From a virus, in the IMG/VR virus record IMGVR_UViG_3300009999_000006: a stretch of DNA of 64,000 nucleotides. The stretch is one strand, 5' to 3'. The notes under the pieces were generated by a model. The model was not told where the DNA came from, searched no databases, and saw only the letters and a list, made by a program, of their open reading frames with translations. Within the stretch, counting starts at the first letter, position 1; every line of letters starts with the position of its first letter. Position numbers and translations under genes: made by a program. Shown here one piece after another: positions 1-11,800 of the stretch.

Positions 1-3000
1 TTGAGCAGAAACCAAGTCTCGTAACCAACCACCTTTAGAAGTAAGCAAGCGACCAATCGTTTCCGATGGTTCCATAACACGTAAGAAGTTCTTATTGTTA
101 TCATCTGGGTCACCTGAAATCATGTTTGAAAGTTCAATCCCATCTCCCTGACACATGAGGGTAACCAATTCTGATGTATCCATTTCAGTAATTGTTCCAT
201 TGAATATTGTCGGAAGCATTAATACGTTTGACCCATATCCCATACGCAAGTGAATCCGTGCTCCGGTTTGTAAGTACATCGACTTATACAAGTCTTTCCG
301 TGCTTGGATATATTCTTCAGATGGTTTTCCTAGAATGAATTGACTCCATGTGATGTTCGAGAAGATAGCAGGAATTTTTGCTTTCTCATTCATGATATCC
401 GTCCGACGACCATTCAAGTTCGAATACATGTTTGTCATCGTGATGGTTGCCGTATCCGCCGCAATCTTCCGAGACCGATAGACATCAATTGATTGAATCG
501 CATTGAAGCCATACAGATTGTCCCACATCTTATAGTTTGCCATCCATTTTCCTTCATCGACAATAAACATCTGGAAGGTTGGGAACGCACGTACCAGTCG
601 TCCTTGTTTATCGTAATCAAGCATATCCTTATACATACCTAGATGCGTTTCCTCTGGAGATAAACGATTGACCAATCGGTTGTTGGCGTTGATATCTCCT
701 TGTTCAACCATATCCGAATAGGCATCAACAATCTCATTGGTTCGAGAACTAAAGTTGTTGGTTGCCATATCCAATACCCCAGCAGTACCAGCTCCGATAG
801 CAAAGACACCTAAAGCAATGGCGGCGCCGAGTGGACCTCCTAGTAAAGCTCCACCAAGAACAGCAAGTACACCAGTTCCAGCCCATGCAATCCATTCTCC
901 CATGGATTCCTTATCGGCTTCTTCCATCATCGTCTTTAAGTTTCCTAGATGGTTGAAGAATGCAATCTGAACTTTATCTGCATCCATTTTCTCTAGCTGA
1001 GCTTTTGCGGCATTTAGCTTTTCTTTCATTTTTGTTTCATCATGTTTTGGTACCAACGAGTCGCTATTCTTGTCCACTTTATACGCTTCGAGTGGGAAGT
1101 ATAAGTCTTGTGTTAAGAGACTGATGATAGCGGCCTTTTCGCCTTGGAACGCTTTCAACAAGTTTCCTTCCATCCCTGCATACTTCGCAAAGACTTCTGG
1201 AATCAAGGTCGAGATACCACCAGCATAAATGCCCGGTGCGCCATCAGCTGTCGTCACCGCGTACGCTTTTCGCCATTGACTCATGACATTGTTGACGTAT
1301 CCACTACCCGGAGCAAACCGTCGTGGAGTCACGGACTTCTCTTGTGAACTCTTCTTTTTTAGAGGTAAGACATCTTTATCTTGTCCTGGGACACCGTATT
1401 GCCAAACCATCCATTCCATGTTCCGTGATTTGAAGCGCAAATCATCTTGCTTTGAGGCTTTGATGTAATGCTTATGCAGAAGAGCAATCGCTTTATCAAT
1501 GTTGTATTTCCAGTCATAAAATAAACGTTCCGCTTCGGCTTTGTCTTTAACGATATCGAGTGGATACCCCATCAGACCGGCTCGCCATCCTTGACTTAGA
1601 ACTGGTTTTCCAGAAGCATCAAATTGTTCCCAACGTGAATGGAATAACATGATGGCTTTGATAATACCGGACAGGCGATGGATTGGCATCTTGACGACAC
1701 CCCATTCATCTTTTCCTTCAATCGGTTGAAGTCCGCCTTCTTTACTCCAGCGTGTTCCATTCAAAAGATTGGTGACATTATCTAAGTCTGTATTCTTTTC
1801 ACCGTTTGGCGTATCTGATTTCGGCATCTTCTTCCATTTCAAATCGAAAGCGTCCCATTCTTCAATGTTCTCATACAACTTATTAATTGAACCATTGAAC
1901 GATTCATCATCTCCAAAGTTGACGTAATGGAAGTTTCCTTTTGTTGAAATCTTACCAGAAGACGCATAGAAGTATTTCATCTGAATATCTGGACTATTCC
2001 AAACACTCCCGTCCAGCCAATCACTGTTTCGTGTTCCTGAAACTTGTTGAACAATGACTTCATCATCAAGCTTCGTCATTTTCAGATTCGACTTACCAAA
2101 GACCGTAACAATCTTCTTCATCACATAGAACCAGATATCCGATTCACTTGGATTCTTGCGGTTACTCTTCTTCCATGCTTCGTAATCTTTTTTCGACTTT
2201 TTACTGTTGCCGTTGTACTTCTTCCATTTTTCAAACTCGGGTGCTTCATGGAATGGTGATTTTGACTTCCCGTCGACAGTGACATAATCTTTAATGTCTC
2301 CTTCTAATTCCACACCTTCCATTTTACTTGGAGAGCTACTGTCTTTCGATTTCTTATTCGACTTTTCTTTCTCGTTTTTCCACGTTAAATCCGATGGAAC
2401 CATTTCAACAGTTTTATCTACGATACCAAAAGCCGTATTAAAATCTCCTGAGAGTTCAGAATCAATGAATCCTTTGCTCTTAGTTGTCGTTGCTTCACTA
2501 GCTCCACTGTTATCGTAAGTGACGACGCTAAAGCCTGTCTTATCTTCAATCTCTTCTTTAATGAACTGTTGCAACGTATTGCTAGAGTTGATGTAAAAGT
2601 CAGGGTCAACGAAGTATTGTTTCTGATGGTTCGGGTATTCCTTGATACCTGTTCCTAAGATGTCTTGGTCTAAAACTTCATTCAATTCATCAAAGGTTGG
2701 AAGTTCTAAATCAGGATAGACTTCCATCGACCGCATCCGATACTCTAAGACCGCAAAGTCTTTTTCTTTCGAATAGTTCTTCACGTACCGGTCTTCAAGC
2801 GATGTGTCGCCCATGACGGCTGAAACGCCCTGTAAACGTTCTAAGCGACGTTGTGTCCGGTTGAACCCACAGAGCGTCATCATGATTTGGAAGCGTCCAG
2901 GGAAGCCTGGTACCGTATCAATCGTAACGTTCTCTGGCATAACACTTTGAACACCCATTAAACGTAAGACCGAGTTGTCGATATCCATGAAACCGGCAAC

Positions 3001-5832
3001 AATTCCTTGACGGTACTGTCGATTGTATCGTTCGACGAGTATCATCATGTTGTTGACAGCTAAGACGGTTTCTTCTGTTCCTTCAAACATCAATTGAATG
3101 TACGGGTCTTGTCCACCTAAGTATTGCAGGGTCGGAGAATCCAGCAATTCCACTTGCATCGAAGAAAATTGATTTTCATATCCAATCGTCATTCCTGTTG
3201 GTAAAAGATTTGGAATTTTATATGGAAGCATCTTCACAGATTCTTCTGTTGAGTTTACAACTTGAACCAACGCATCATAACGTTCTTCATAGTCTTGAAT
3301 TTCATTCTCGACATTTTCTTTTTCTTTTGTCACGTTCTCTAGTATTTTGATGTTCTTCTGTGTAGCAGGAATGACCAAGTAAAGCGTTCCATCAGAACGT
3401 TTGAAAGGTGCACCATTTTTATACAAGATATACCGGCTATCAAACTTCTTATAGTTTTCATTGTCGCCGTAAGCAATCATAAAGACGCCATCAACATTTG
3501 GCCCTTCTTCGTTCCATGCTTCCATAAAACTTGGCATACCTTCAAAGTGTTTCGTTAACACTTTCCATTGGTAATATCCCTTTGGTAAGAAGAATGAATT
3601 CTGTACATCTCGTTCCCAGTTCGGGAATGAACCTTCATAGATGGTGTTAGCAGATTCTTTTTCCCAGCCACTACCATTCGGATTGATTTGTAACTGTTGT
3701 TTGAGGAATGTTTCTTTCGTTTTCATGACATCTAAGTAGCGTTTGTATTGTGCTAAAATCTTCGCACTTCGTTTTCCATCTTCAAGACGTTTCCCGGAAT
3801 CACTCGTTTTCTTTTTCGCTTGTTCCCGGTATTCATCGGGCGGTGTCATCTTGTTGACTTTACTAATGGCATCTTGACGGAACGCCAGTTTGTCTTCATC
3901 CGCAACCGAAAAGCTAAAATCATTCGAAACGCGTTCCAGTGGGTTCAGATATAATCGGTCTGGAATTTCTCCTTCTTGAATCGGTTGCAAAGCTTTCTGG
4001 TAATACCACCGGAACAAAGGGTAGTTCATGACACTTGAAAGACTTGGTTCAGGAAGCATGAAAGCTTCAACTTCAAATTTAGATAATGTGAGATTGACTT
4101 TCAACGATTCAGGGAATCCTTCGACGGTCTCTACACTTAAACTATGTAACGCAACATTATGAATATTTAATGTCGTATTGATGTAATGATTATCAATCGG
4201 CAAGAATGGGGCTTTCTTGAACTGAGCAATTAATGTTCGTAAACCATCCATATAATAATAGAATTGTTCGCCTTTGATGTTGTAGGCTTTTTCTTTCTTT
4301 CCGTTGATGTCTTCTAAGCCATGGAAGTATAACTCCATTTGAAGAGTAGTGTTCGCGCTTCCGACGCCTTTCATCATGGAGCTTTGTGTGCGCAATGTTT
4401 TAATTTTCTCGATGTTTCCCATGCGTGCCATCTTAATTGAAAGCGGTGGCACATTCAGCATGACATCTCCAATTCGAACTTTATGGATATAATCAAATGG
4501 TTCTTCAAGCGAATCTTCAGCATCCGTCAACTTAATACTTTTACTATAAATCTTTCCTTGGAGGACACGGTCATCATTTGGTTTTACAAAATCAAGCGCA
4601 TTTGAAATCGGTTCTTCATATTTCATAGCAAACATATTATCATCAATAGAATCTTTTTCTTTATCCGGTGCCGTGTTGTCGACATCCGTTGGTTCATTAT
4701 ATCCTTTAGTAATTGGTTCTTTATATCCAACTTCCGCACCCCATCCATCGACATTAATACCGACATTGGTTTCTCGTGGTGCATTGAATGTATCATTCTG
4801 GAATAGAGGGAACTTGCTATCTTTCGAATAACGTTTTGCCAACAACGTTTTGTTGATGTTCTTTCCTTTGCTGTTTGGCTTTTGCATTTCTTGTAAGAAC
4901 TTGGTTACATCTTTAATCTTTGATTCAACCCGGTATAACGTACCGAGTGGTCGTTGCCCAGACCCATTATCAGCTAAAGCTTTATTCGTCTTCTTATCGT
5001 ATTGTAAGGCGACGATAACATACGCTTTAGATGTACCTGGCTTAATCATTTCATAGGTTGCGTGTTTTGCTTCATCTGCAATATCATAAATGACGTTGAC
5101 TGTCGTTCCCCATAGAACCGCAAGCTCAGCATTCTGACGAGCACCATATCCTCCATCATAGTCTTTCTTTGTTTCAGGACTATCAATTCCTAGAAAACGA
5201 ACAGGAACGGTTTCCCCGATTTCCATGTAATGTTTACCAACCATTTTCCCCTGCATCCGTTTATGTAATGCTAGGATTTCGATATCAGCGGTATCACCAT
5301 CGACGACCTTCTTGACTTCTCCATACATGATGAATTGTTCTGGGCCTGTCGTAATCGTCTCCCCATCTTCTGATATGCTGGCACCGCCGCCATCTTCGAC
5401 AGCCATTGCCATCAACCCCATCATTTGAGGTGCTTCTTTTTCTGAGACGAAATCATCTCCTGTGAATCCATCTGAAAAAGCGATGGTTTCATCGACACTA
5501 AAGTCACGTGGTCGAATAGTAGACCGATTGATAAAGTTTTGGGTCTTTGTTGTGAGTTCGACCATCCCCATGTTTTCGCCGACATATTTCACGGCGGCTA
5601 AACGATTGGTTCCGTCTGCAATCATACTCATCCCATATTCAAAAGGATATCCTTTTACATGCTTTTCTAGATGGCGTATGACCTGACGCAAACGAGGACC
5701 AGCGGGTGTTTGCCCGTTAGTCCCGATGCTTGTTGCCGTCAGTAACTCACCATTTAGAAGCATCACCACTCGCCAAGGACTAGTCTCAGCTGGTTTTTGT
5801 ATTGATACAATCAACGCTTCAGTTGCGTTCAT
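1..5832 (-). CDS. Very large baseplate hub/tail-tip protein, truncated at window edge. Contains a thermonuclease (SNase) domain, a degenerate SLT-like domain, a hydrophobic segment and a hub-like region
   Basis: Missing from the ORF track because there is no stop in the window. ATG at 5832 with GGAGG RBS. In-frame motifs read by hand: VKKVVDGDT...VRFLGIDSPE (5170-5320); IIKAIMLFHSRW...GLMG...YNI (1480-1670); GxxxG-rich segment (770-900); IHLRMGYG...FNGTI (190-265). Confidence 0.8.
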   Translation of the reverse strand, partial: MNATEALIVSIQKPAETSPWRVVMLLNGELLTATSIGTNGQTPAGPRLRQVIRHLEKHVKGYPFEYGMSMIADGTNRLAAVKYVGENMGMVELTTKTQNFINRSTIRPRDFSVDETIAFSDGFTGDDFVSEKEAPQMMGLMAMAVEDGGGASISEDGETITTGPEQFIMYGEVKKVVDGDTADIEILALHKRMQGKMVGKHYMEIGETVPVRFLGIDSPETKKDYDGGYGARQNAELAVLWGTTVNVIYDIADEAKHATYEMIKPGTSKAYVIVALQYDKKTNKALADNGSGQRPLGTLYRVESKIKDVTKFLQEMQKPNSKGKNINKTLLAKRYSKDSKFPLFQNDTFNAPRETNVGINVDGWGAEVGYKEPITKGYNEPTDVDNTAPDKEKDSIDDNMFAMKYEEPISNALDFVKPNDDRVLQGKIYSKSIKLTDAEDSLEEPFDYIHKVRIGDVMLNVPPLSIKMARMGNIEKIKTLRTQSSMMKGVGSANTTLQMELYFHGLEDINGKKEKAYNIKGEQFYYYMDGLRTLIAQFKKAPFLPIDNHYINTTLNIHNVALHSLSVETVEGFPESLKVNLTLSKFEVEAFMLPEPSLSSVMNYPLFRWYYQKALQPIQEGEIPDRLYLNPLERVSNDFSFSVADEDKLAFRQDAISKVNKMTPPDEYREQAKKKTSDSGKRLEDGKRSAKILAQYKRYLDVMKTKETFLKQQLQINPNGSGWEKESANTIYEGSFPNWERDVQNSFFLPKGYYQWKVLTKHFEGMPSFMEAWNEEGPNVDGVFMIAYGDNENYKKFDSRYILYKNGAPFKRSDGTLYLVIPATQKNIKILENVTKEKENVENEIQDYEERYDALVQVVNSTEESVKMLPYKIPNLLPTGMTIGYENQFSSMQVELLDSPTLQYLGGQDPYIQLMFEGTEETVLAVNNMMILVERYNRQYRQGIVAGFMDIDNSVLRLMGVQSVMPENVTIDTVPGFPGRFQIMMTLCGFNRTQRRLERLQGVSAVMGDTSLEDRYVKNYSKEKDFAVLEYRMRSMEVYPDLELPTFDELNEVLDQDILGTGIKEYPNHQKQYFVDPDFYINSSNTLQQFIKEEIEDKTGFSVVTYDNSGASEATTTKSKGFIDSELSGDFNTAFGIVDKTVEMVPSDLTWKNEKEKSNKKSKDSSSPSKMEGVELEGDIKDYVTVDGKSKSPFHEAPEFEKWKKYNGNSKKSKKDYEAWKKSNRKNPSESDIWFYVMKKIVTVFGKSNLKMTKLDDEVIVQQVSGTRNSDWLDGSVWNSPDIQMKYFYASSGKISTKGNFHYVNFGDDESFNGSINKLYENIEEWDAFDLKWKKMPKSDTPNGEKNTDLDNVTNLLNGTRWSKEGGLQPIEGKDEWGVVKMPIHRLSGIIKAIMLFHSRWEQFDASGKPVLSQGWRAGLMGYPLDIVKDKAEAERLFYDWKYNIDKAIALLHKHYIKASKQDDLRFKSRNMEWMVWQYGVPGQDKDVLPLKKKSSQEKSVTPRRFAPGSGYVNNVMSQWRKAYAVTTADGAPGIYAGGISTLIPEVFAKYAGMEGNLLKAFQGEKAAIISLLTQDLYFPLEAYKVDKNSDSLVPKHDETKMKEKLNAAKAQLEKMDADKVQIAFFNHLGNLKTMMEEADKESMGEWIAWAGTGVLAVLGGALLGGPLGAAIALGVFAIGAGTAGVLDMATNNFSSRTNEIVDAYSDMVEQGDINANNRLVNRLSPEETHLGMYKDMLDYDKQGRLVRAFPTFQMFIVDEGKWMANYKMWDNLYGFNAIQSIDVYRSRKIAADTATITMTNMYSNLNGRRTDIMNEKAKIPAIFSNITWSQFILGKPSEEYIQARKDLYKSMYLQTGARIHLRMGYGSNVLMLPTIFNGTITEMDTSELVTLMCQGDGIELSNMISGDPDDNNKNFLRVMEPSETIGRLLTSKGGWLRDLVSAQ

Positions 5833-5852
5833 GATGTGCTTCCTCCTGCCTT

Positions 5853-8800
5853 TTATTGGTTCAATGATTCATTTAATTTCTGTTGAATCCACCGGTTACT
5901 TATTGTTTGTGTGTTGTCATTGATGTTGACGTTCATGTCCATCTTCGTACCAGACATCTGTTGAACTTCAGCATTTACGATGCCAGCTAACGCATTGTGG
6001 TCAAGTCCACTCATGCCACGTCCACTGATTTTAAGCATCGTACTTTCTCCATTAGGTGTAACCCTTGCGGTAGGTGAAGTCAACATTTGTTCCGGTGCGA
6101 CGTCCATTTGACGGGCTTCTTGTTGGGCTTCTGCTCCTTCAGGAGTTGGGCCTGACCGCATCATCGAAGACGCACCCCAGATAGCGGCAAAACTAATCCC
6201 GGCTGGAGACATCGCCATCTTCTTAATCCCATTGAAAACATCACTTGTCCCCATTTTAACTTTCGATAAAGCATTCCCAGCATTCTCTGCTGTGAACGAA
6301 CCACCATTTTTTGAAATCTCATCAATGATATTATACCGTGGCCGGCCTTCTGGTTGTGCATCCAATCCATCTAAGAACGAACTATGTTGATTCCGTTCCT
6401 TGTAAGTATTCGCCACATGCGCTTGGAAGTCTTGTTTCTTCTGTTCGAAGAACTCTTCTCCTTCTCGCATCCCTTCCGTTAGGATTTCCTTATGGGTTGA
6501 TGTCGGCATGAAGTTTTCTCCGAATAAGGAACTGCTGAGACGGTCAGTTGAATCCATTCCCGTTGACCGGTTAATGGCTAAAGCACTACCTTGCATTCCA
6601 CCACGTTGAGCAGACAGCTCATGGGCTTCTCCTAATTGGTCAAGACCTGTCTTCAGTATCTCTTGCTTACTGATGGCTTCTCCATTGAAGTATTTATTGC
6701 CACTTTCGAACATCCCAAGGTTATTCAGCTCGTCATGCAATTGCATCCGGTTATCGGCATTTGGATTCTTGAGCAATTGTTGGATATTGTCGATACTTTC
6801 ATGACGATGTTGCATCCGTTTTTGGGCTTCGGCATAAATCTCTTCATTAGAAAGATTGTTTGATTCAGCACTCACTTCATTGACAAAGCTATCAATCGTG
6901 ACCTTTTTCGAAGAAATCAATTCCTGAGAAATCGTAGAACCAAAGTTTTGGACAATGAATTCGTTTCGGCGAGCCGTTCCTTCATCTCGTAACCCGTGAG
7001 CGACCAATGCTTCTTGTGTCATCGAATGGAGTTCACGCATCGATTCTCGTGTATTGTCAATCATACCGATAGAACCCTTACCTTGACGCGCTTCCGTTGT
7101 CAGAATGTTTTCATCAATGTTGACTTTGTATTTGAAGAAGTCTTGTGCTTTTTCTTCATCAAAGCCTTGAGCAACTAACGTCTGAACGGTTACGTCTTTT
7201 CCTTCTTGGTTGTTCAGAATCAAACTGTCGACTTCTTTCTTGGCAGTCTGTAAATCAATCTGTTCGGCACCTTCAGAATAGTTTCGTGTTGTCATATACG
7301 TTTTCGCTAAGTCTTCTCGGTATTCATTTAGTATCGTATTAGCTTGTTGCTCGTTTCCTGGAAGACTTAAGTCATGACGAGCTTTAACGGTCTCATGCCA
7401 TTTTGCCGCATCCTTATCTTTATAATGCGTAAGCATCCCGTTGATAACGTCACCATCAGTATCCCCGGCCATGACTTTTAAGGTTCCGACTGAAATCAAA
7501 GCGCGACGGTCATCATGCTCCATGGTGCCATCGACGACAAAGCGTGTGGCTTGCATCGTCGAGTCATTGATGGTTGGGTACCGGTTAGTGTTTCCGTACA
7601 GAGACATGTTCTTTCCATCGACATGATGAGTTAAATCATCAAGGATAACACTATGCAAATTATCACCATGTTTTTCTATCATGGCTTGTGCTTCTTTTCC
7701 ATAAATCGCTTGAGCAATCGTGTTCTCATTTCCACCAATCATTTCACTCATCCGGTTTCGAGAAATATAGACCGTTCCTTCTTTGTACTTTCCAGTGTTT
7801 TCCCATTGTCCATCTTTCATCGTAAAGTTTTCGAATGGGTTGACCGTTTGTACCCGGAATTGCGCGGACATATCAGCTTTTCCTACCATCAATTTGTTAA
7901 TCAATCCACCATCACGCGCACTGGTAGCGAATGTGGCCGTTTCTTTTTGTAACGCACTGACGCTTTCTTCGACGTTCTGCATGATTTGCTGTTTATGCTT
8001 TTCGAGTTCTGGACCAGTTGCTGTTCCAGTTCCAAGGTTCTGGAATTCTTTCAGGTTGCGGTACAGTCCTAATTGTTTCTTCTGCATTTCCAGCATCATC
8101 GGCGCGGATTCATCGAGTCGAGAAAGACCAGAGGTATCCACCAATTGAACGAAACGGTTTTCACCGAATTCTTCTGGTAGTTGCATGAAGGTATTTCCTT
8201 TGGTTATGTCGCCTAGTTTTTTATCTTTCCCGTGCATTTTAACATCGGACAACTTGTGACTCATAATCGTTCCAGCATAATCTTCAGCAATGAATGCCAT
8301 GTCTTTTGCTGTCACTTTTCCACTCTTATCTAGGATTTTAGAATCGACATAATTGACGCCGCCGACATCATAGGCTGTATTAACTTCATCTCCGATGGTT
8401 TTACCTGAGAAGTCAATAACGCTGTCTCCTTTTTGTGGTGTTCCGTTTCCTTGTAGACCTGATACGATTTCTTGGAAGATGTCTTTAGATGGTTTTCGAG
8501 AAGTAGAAGAGTTATGAATTTCAGACTCTAACCATTTGCTATAATCAGCACCGCCGGTAACCACATTTCGTGCGTTTCCTTCGGTATCATAACTACCATA
8601 AATACTACGCACAACGTTCATTTCTTTCTTACCAATTCGCATCTTCTTACCTGTGGACTCATAACTGTGGATATCATGCTTACCGATACCTTCGTTGACG
8701 ACTTCGAACCCAGCTTGACTAATACGACTAAACCCAGTACTAGTTTCCATGCTCTTATCAAAGGCAACTACTTTTTCTTTGGACAAATTACGCGCTTCAT

Positions 8801-11800
8801 TTTCTAAATGGCTATTGAGGATAACGGCGCCGTCTTCAATCTTGTATTGACCTGTTAAGCCAAGCTCTTTATCCAAAGCTGGGCTCATGAGCTCTTTCAT
8901 GACATTATCTTCAAGACCGCCTTTGCTGAGGTCGGCGACTGTGACTCGTCCTTCGGCACCATGTTTTTTCAAAACATCTTGAACTTCTTTCGAACGTTCT
9001 TCTGGTGTCGCTAAGATTTGTTTCTTGATTTCATCACTGTATGTATCCACAACCGAACGAAGGTATGTGCCCCCCATGTTCTTTTTGATTTCAGGTTCAG
9101 GCATCAAGACTTTGACATCATTTGATTTTGAAACAAACTTCAAGACATCATCATCAATAAATTCCATTGTATGACGTCCTCCACCTAATGTGATTCCTTT
9201 AAACGATTGCATGGCTTTGTCTTGTTCTGTGAAGAGAACACGACCACTGTCAGCATCAAATCCTGTGATTTCGAAGTTCTTATTCCAGTTCTTGTATTCT
9301 CCTGCATCGATGGCTTTGAATTCGCCACCTTCTGCTGTCATCATACTACCCACTGTGATTCTGTAATTACCATGCTTCTCTTCAACAAGACCGGCTTGTT
9401 TCAAATCTGCATAGTTAATTCCTTGTCCACTTTCGACTTTGACTGCTCCTTCGGTTGTAAACAAGCCTTTTTCTTCCATCAACTTTTGTAGTTCAGGATT
9501 CAAGAGTTTCTGGATACCGATATCAACGGACTTCTGTTTCGTTGAGCCTAATGCTTCTTGTAAAGATTTCGAAGCAAGAATCATCCCGTCATGCATCGAC
9601 ATCGAACCAACTCGACCTAAACGAGTCTGTAAACTTTTCAGTTCTTGTAATTCTGCATGTTCTTGAGGATTAAGTTTCGCTTTTCCCTCTAAGATACCAA
9701 TCTTTGTTTCGAGTTCTCGTTCCGCACTCTTAACCAATGTATTGACTTGGAACTCATTCGTTAATCCTACACGAACATTCAAATGACTGAGTTCTTCTCC
9801 TTGGATGGCTTTTGCTGTATCCGTTGTTGTTAATCCTTTCATCATTCGATACGTTTCTGATTCACTGTGTGTGCTTGCCACACGGTTACGGACTTCTTCC
9901 ACTTCATTGGCATTCGTGCCAAGCGCTTTATAATTTAACGCTTTGTTTAAGTTTTCCCGAGCCGTCGGGTTGAATTCACCAAATGCAAAGTAGCTTCGGT
10001 TATCCACCAGTGACCGGACCCCGTTACGCGCTTGGTTATCAGACAAACCATGGTGAGACAAACGCTGTTCCCCATTAAAGAACTCTTGGTTCATGAAATC
10101 ATCAATGTCTCGATGGAAATAGTTTTGTTCCCGCATGTTCATTGCTTGGAAGAAACTTAAGTTATTTTCTTTCATGCGTTTCTCGACGTTATCGACGCCA
10201 CCCATATCAAAAGCATGTTCCCGAGACTTATACCAGTACTCCGCCATCCCTGTAACATCCATCTGCATGGCACGGTTATGGTTCGCTAGTTTCGAGTTTC
10301 GTGCAAATTCTTTCTCAGGGTTGGCATCAAAGAGTGAGTGGTTGGTAACCAATCCTTGTTGAATGCTTTGAATCTTACTATTGACTCGTCCATGGACATC
10401 TAAAATGTTCATTGGACTACCAATTTGTTCTGACCGTTCCATCGCCCGGTTTAATCGATTTGAGTGATTGCCCATTTCATTAAAGAACTCATCGACGACG
10501 TTTGTCACTTTCATCGTGTTACCTGTTCCCATACCCGCACTTAACCGACCGACGAATTGCCGTCCTGCCATTTCAATCGTACCGTCTGGGTTCATCATTG
10601 GAATTTCAAAGTGAGCGACTTGATTTGACTTAATGGCTTCTTGTAACGTCATCCCCATCATTGAAGACGCTTGGTCTTTCTTTGACAACAACATCATCAT
10701 TTTTCCAGTGTCGTTGTTGTAATCCATACGGACACCAAAGTTCTGAGCGTACTGGTTTGCTAGGTTAATCACTTTACTTTCAAACGTTTGTCCTTCTTTG
10801 ATGTTTTTACTTTGACCAACGATTGAAGCAATCCGTTCTTTTGGTAGATTAATTAACCCACTTTTCTCAAGAGCGAGTCGAGCCCCTTGATTGTGACGGT
10901 CAATTTTTTCTTTAACCGTCTTGGGTACATTCAAAAAAACATTGTCGGCGATATCATATTTACTGTATCCCCGGCTTTGTTGAATCGATTCATTGACAAT
11001 TTGTTCAAAGAACATCTTGCCGTGTTGTCCATTGACTCCTGTTGTCATTAATTGGTGACCAACACTTCCGATAGGAGATGTGCTAATGGCTGTTCCTTCC
11101 ACATACTCTTTAATGGGTTGTAAAAGGGCTTGGACTTTTCCGTCAATACGAGCCGTTTTTCTAATCCCTACGCCTCCATCGTTAGCGGCTGTTTGAACTT
11201 CTCGGGCCATCTTCTCGACATCATTGATTTCAAGATGTTGGTTGGCATTGAAACGCTTCATCCCAAGGCTTAAATATTCTTGGCGCATTTCTTTGCTAAT
11301 GATACCCGAATCCTCTAATTGTCCTACCATTTCCAAGAACATTTTCTTTTGCTGACTCATTGGGACATTTCGGTTTAAAATACTTTTAACAGAAGCAACG
11401 AACGCACTCCGGTCACTGACATTCAAGTTACGGACTTTCCCATTCAAGGTCAGTTCCATGTTTTTGTTTCCCGGTGTCATGTACTGTTCTTTTTCACCTG
11501 TCCCTAATCCTTCTAGACGTCCCTTGATTTGAGACAAGGCATAGGTCTCTTTGACTTTGTCTCGGAAACGACCGCCTTTTTTTCCGTCTTTCGGTTGAAC
11601 AGTATAATGGAAATCTTCTTTTTCAATCCGTTCGATGGCTTCTTTCCAGATACCTCGTTCACTATCAAGACGGCCCCGCATACCTAAAACGTTTTCGGCA
11701 AACCCCGTTCCGACTTTGTACTTATCATCTACGCCTTGGTTGATGACGTCTAACGCTTTACTGAGGGCTTTCTCGTGCAAGAACTCAGGATTTACATTAC

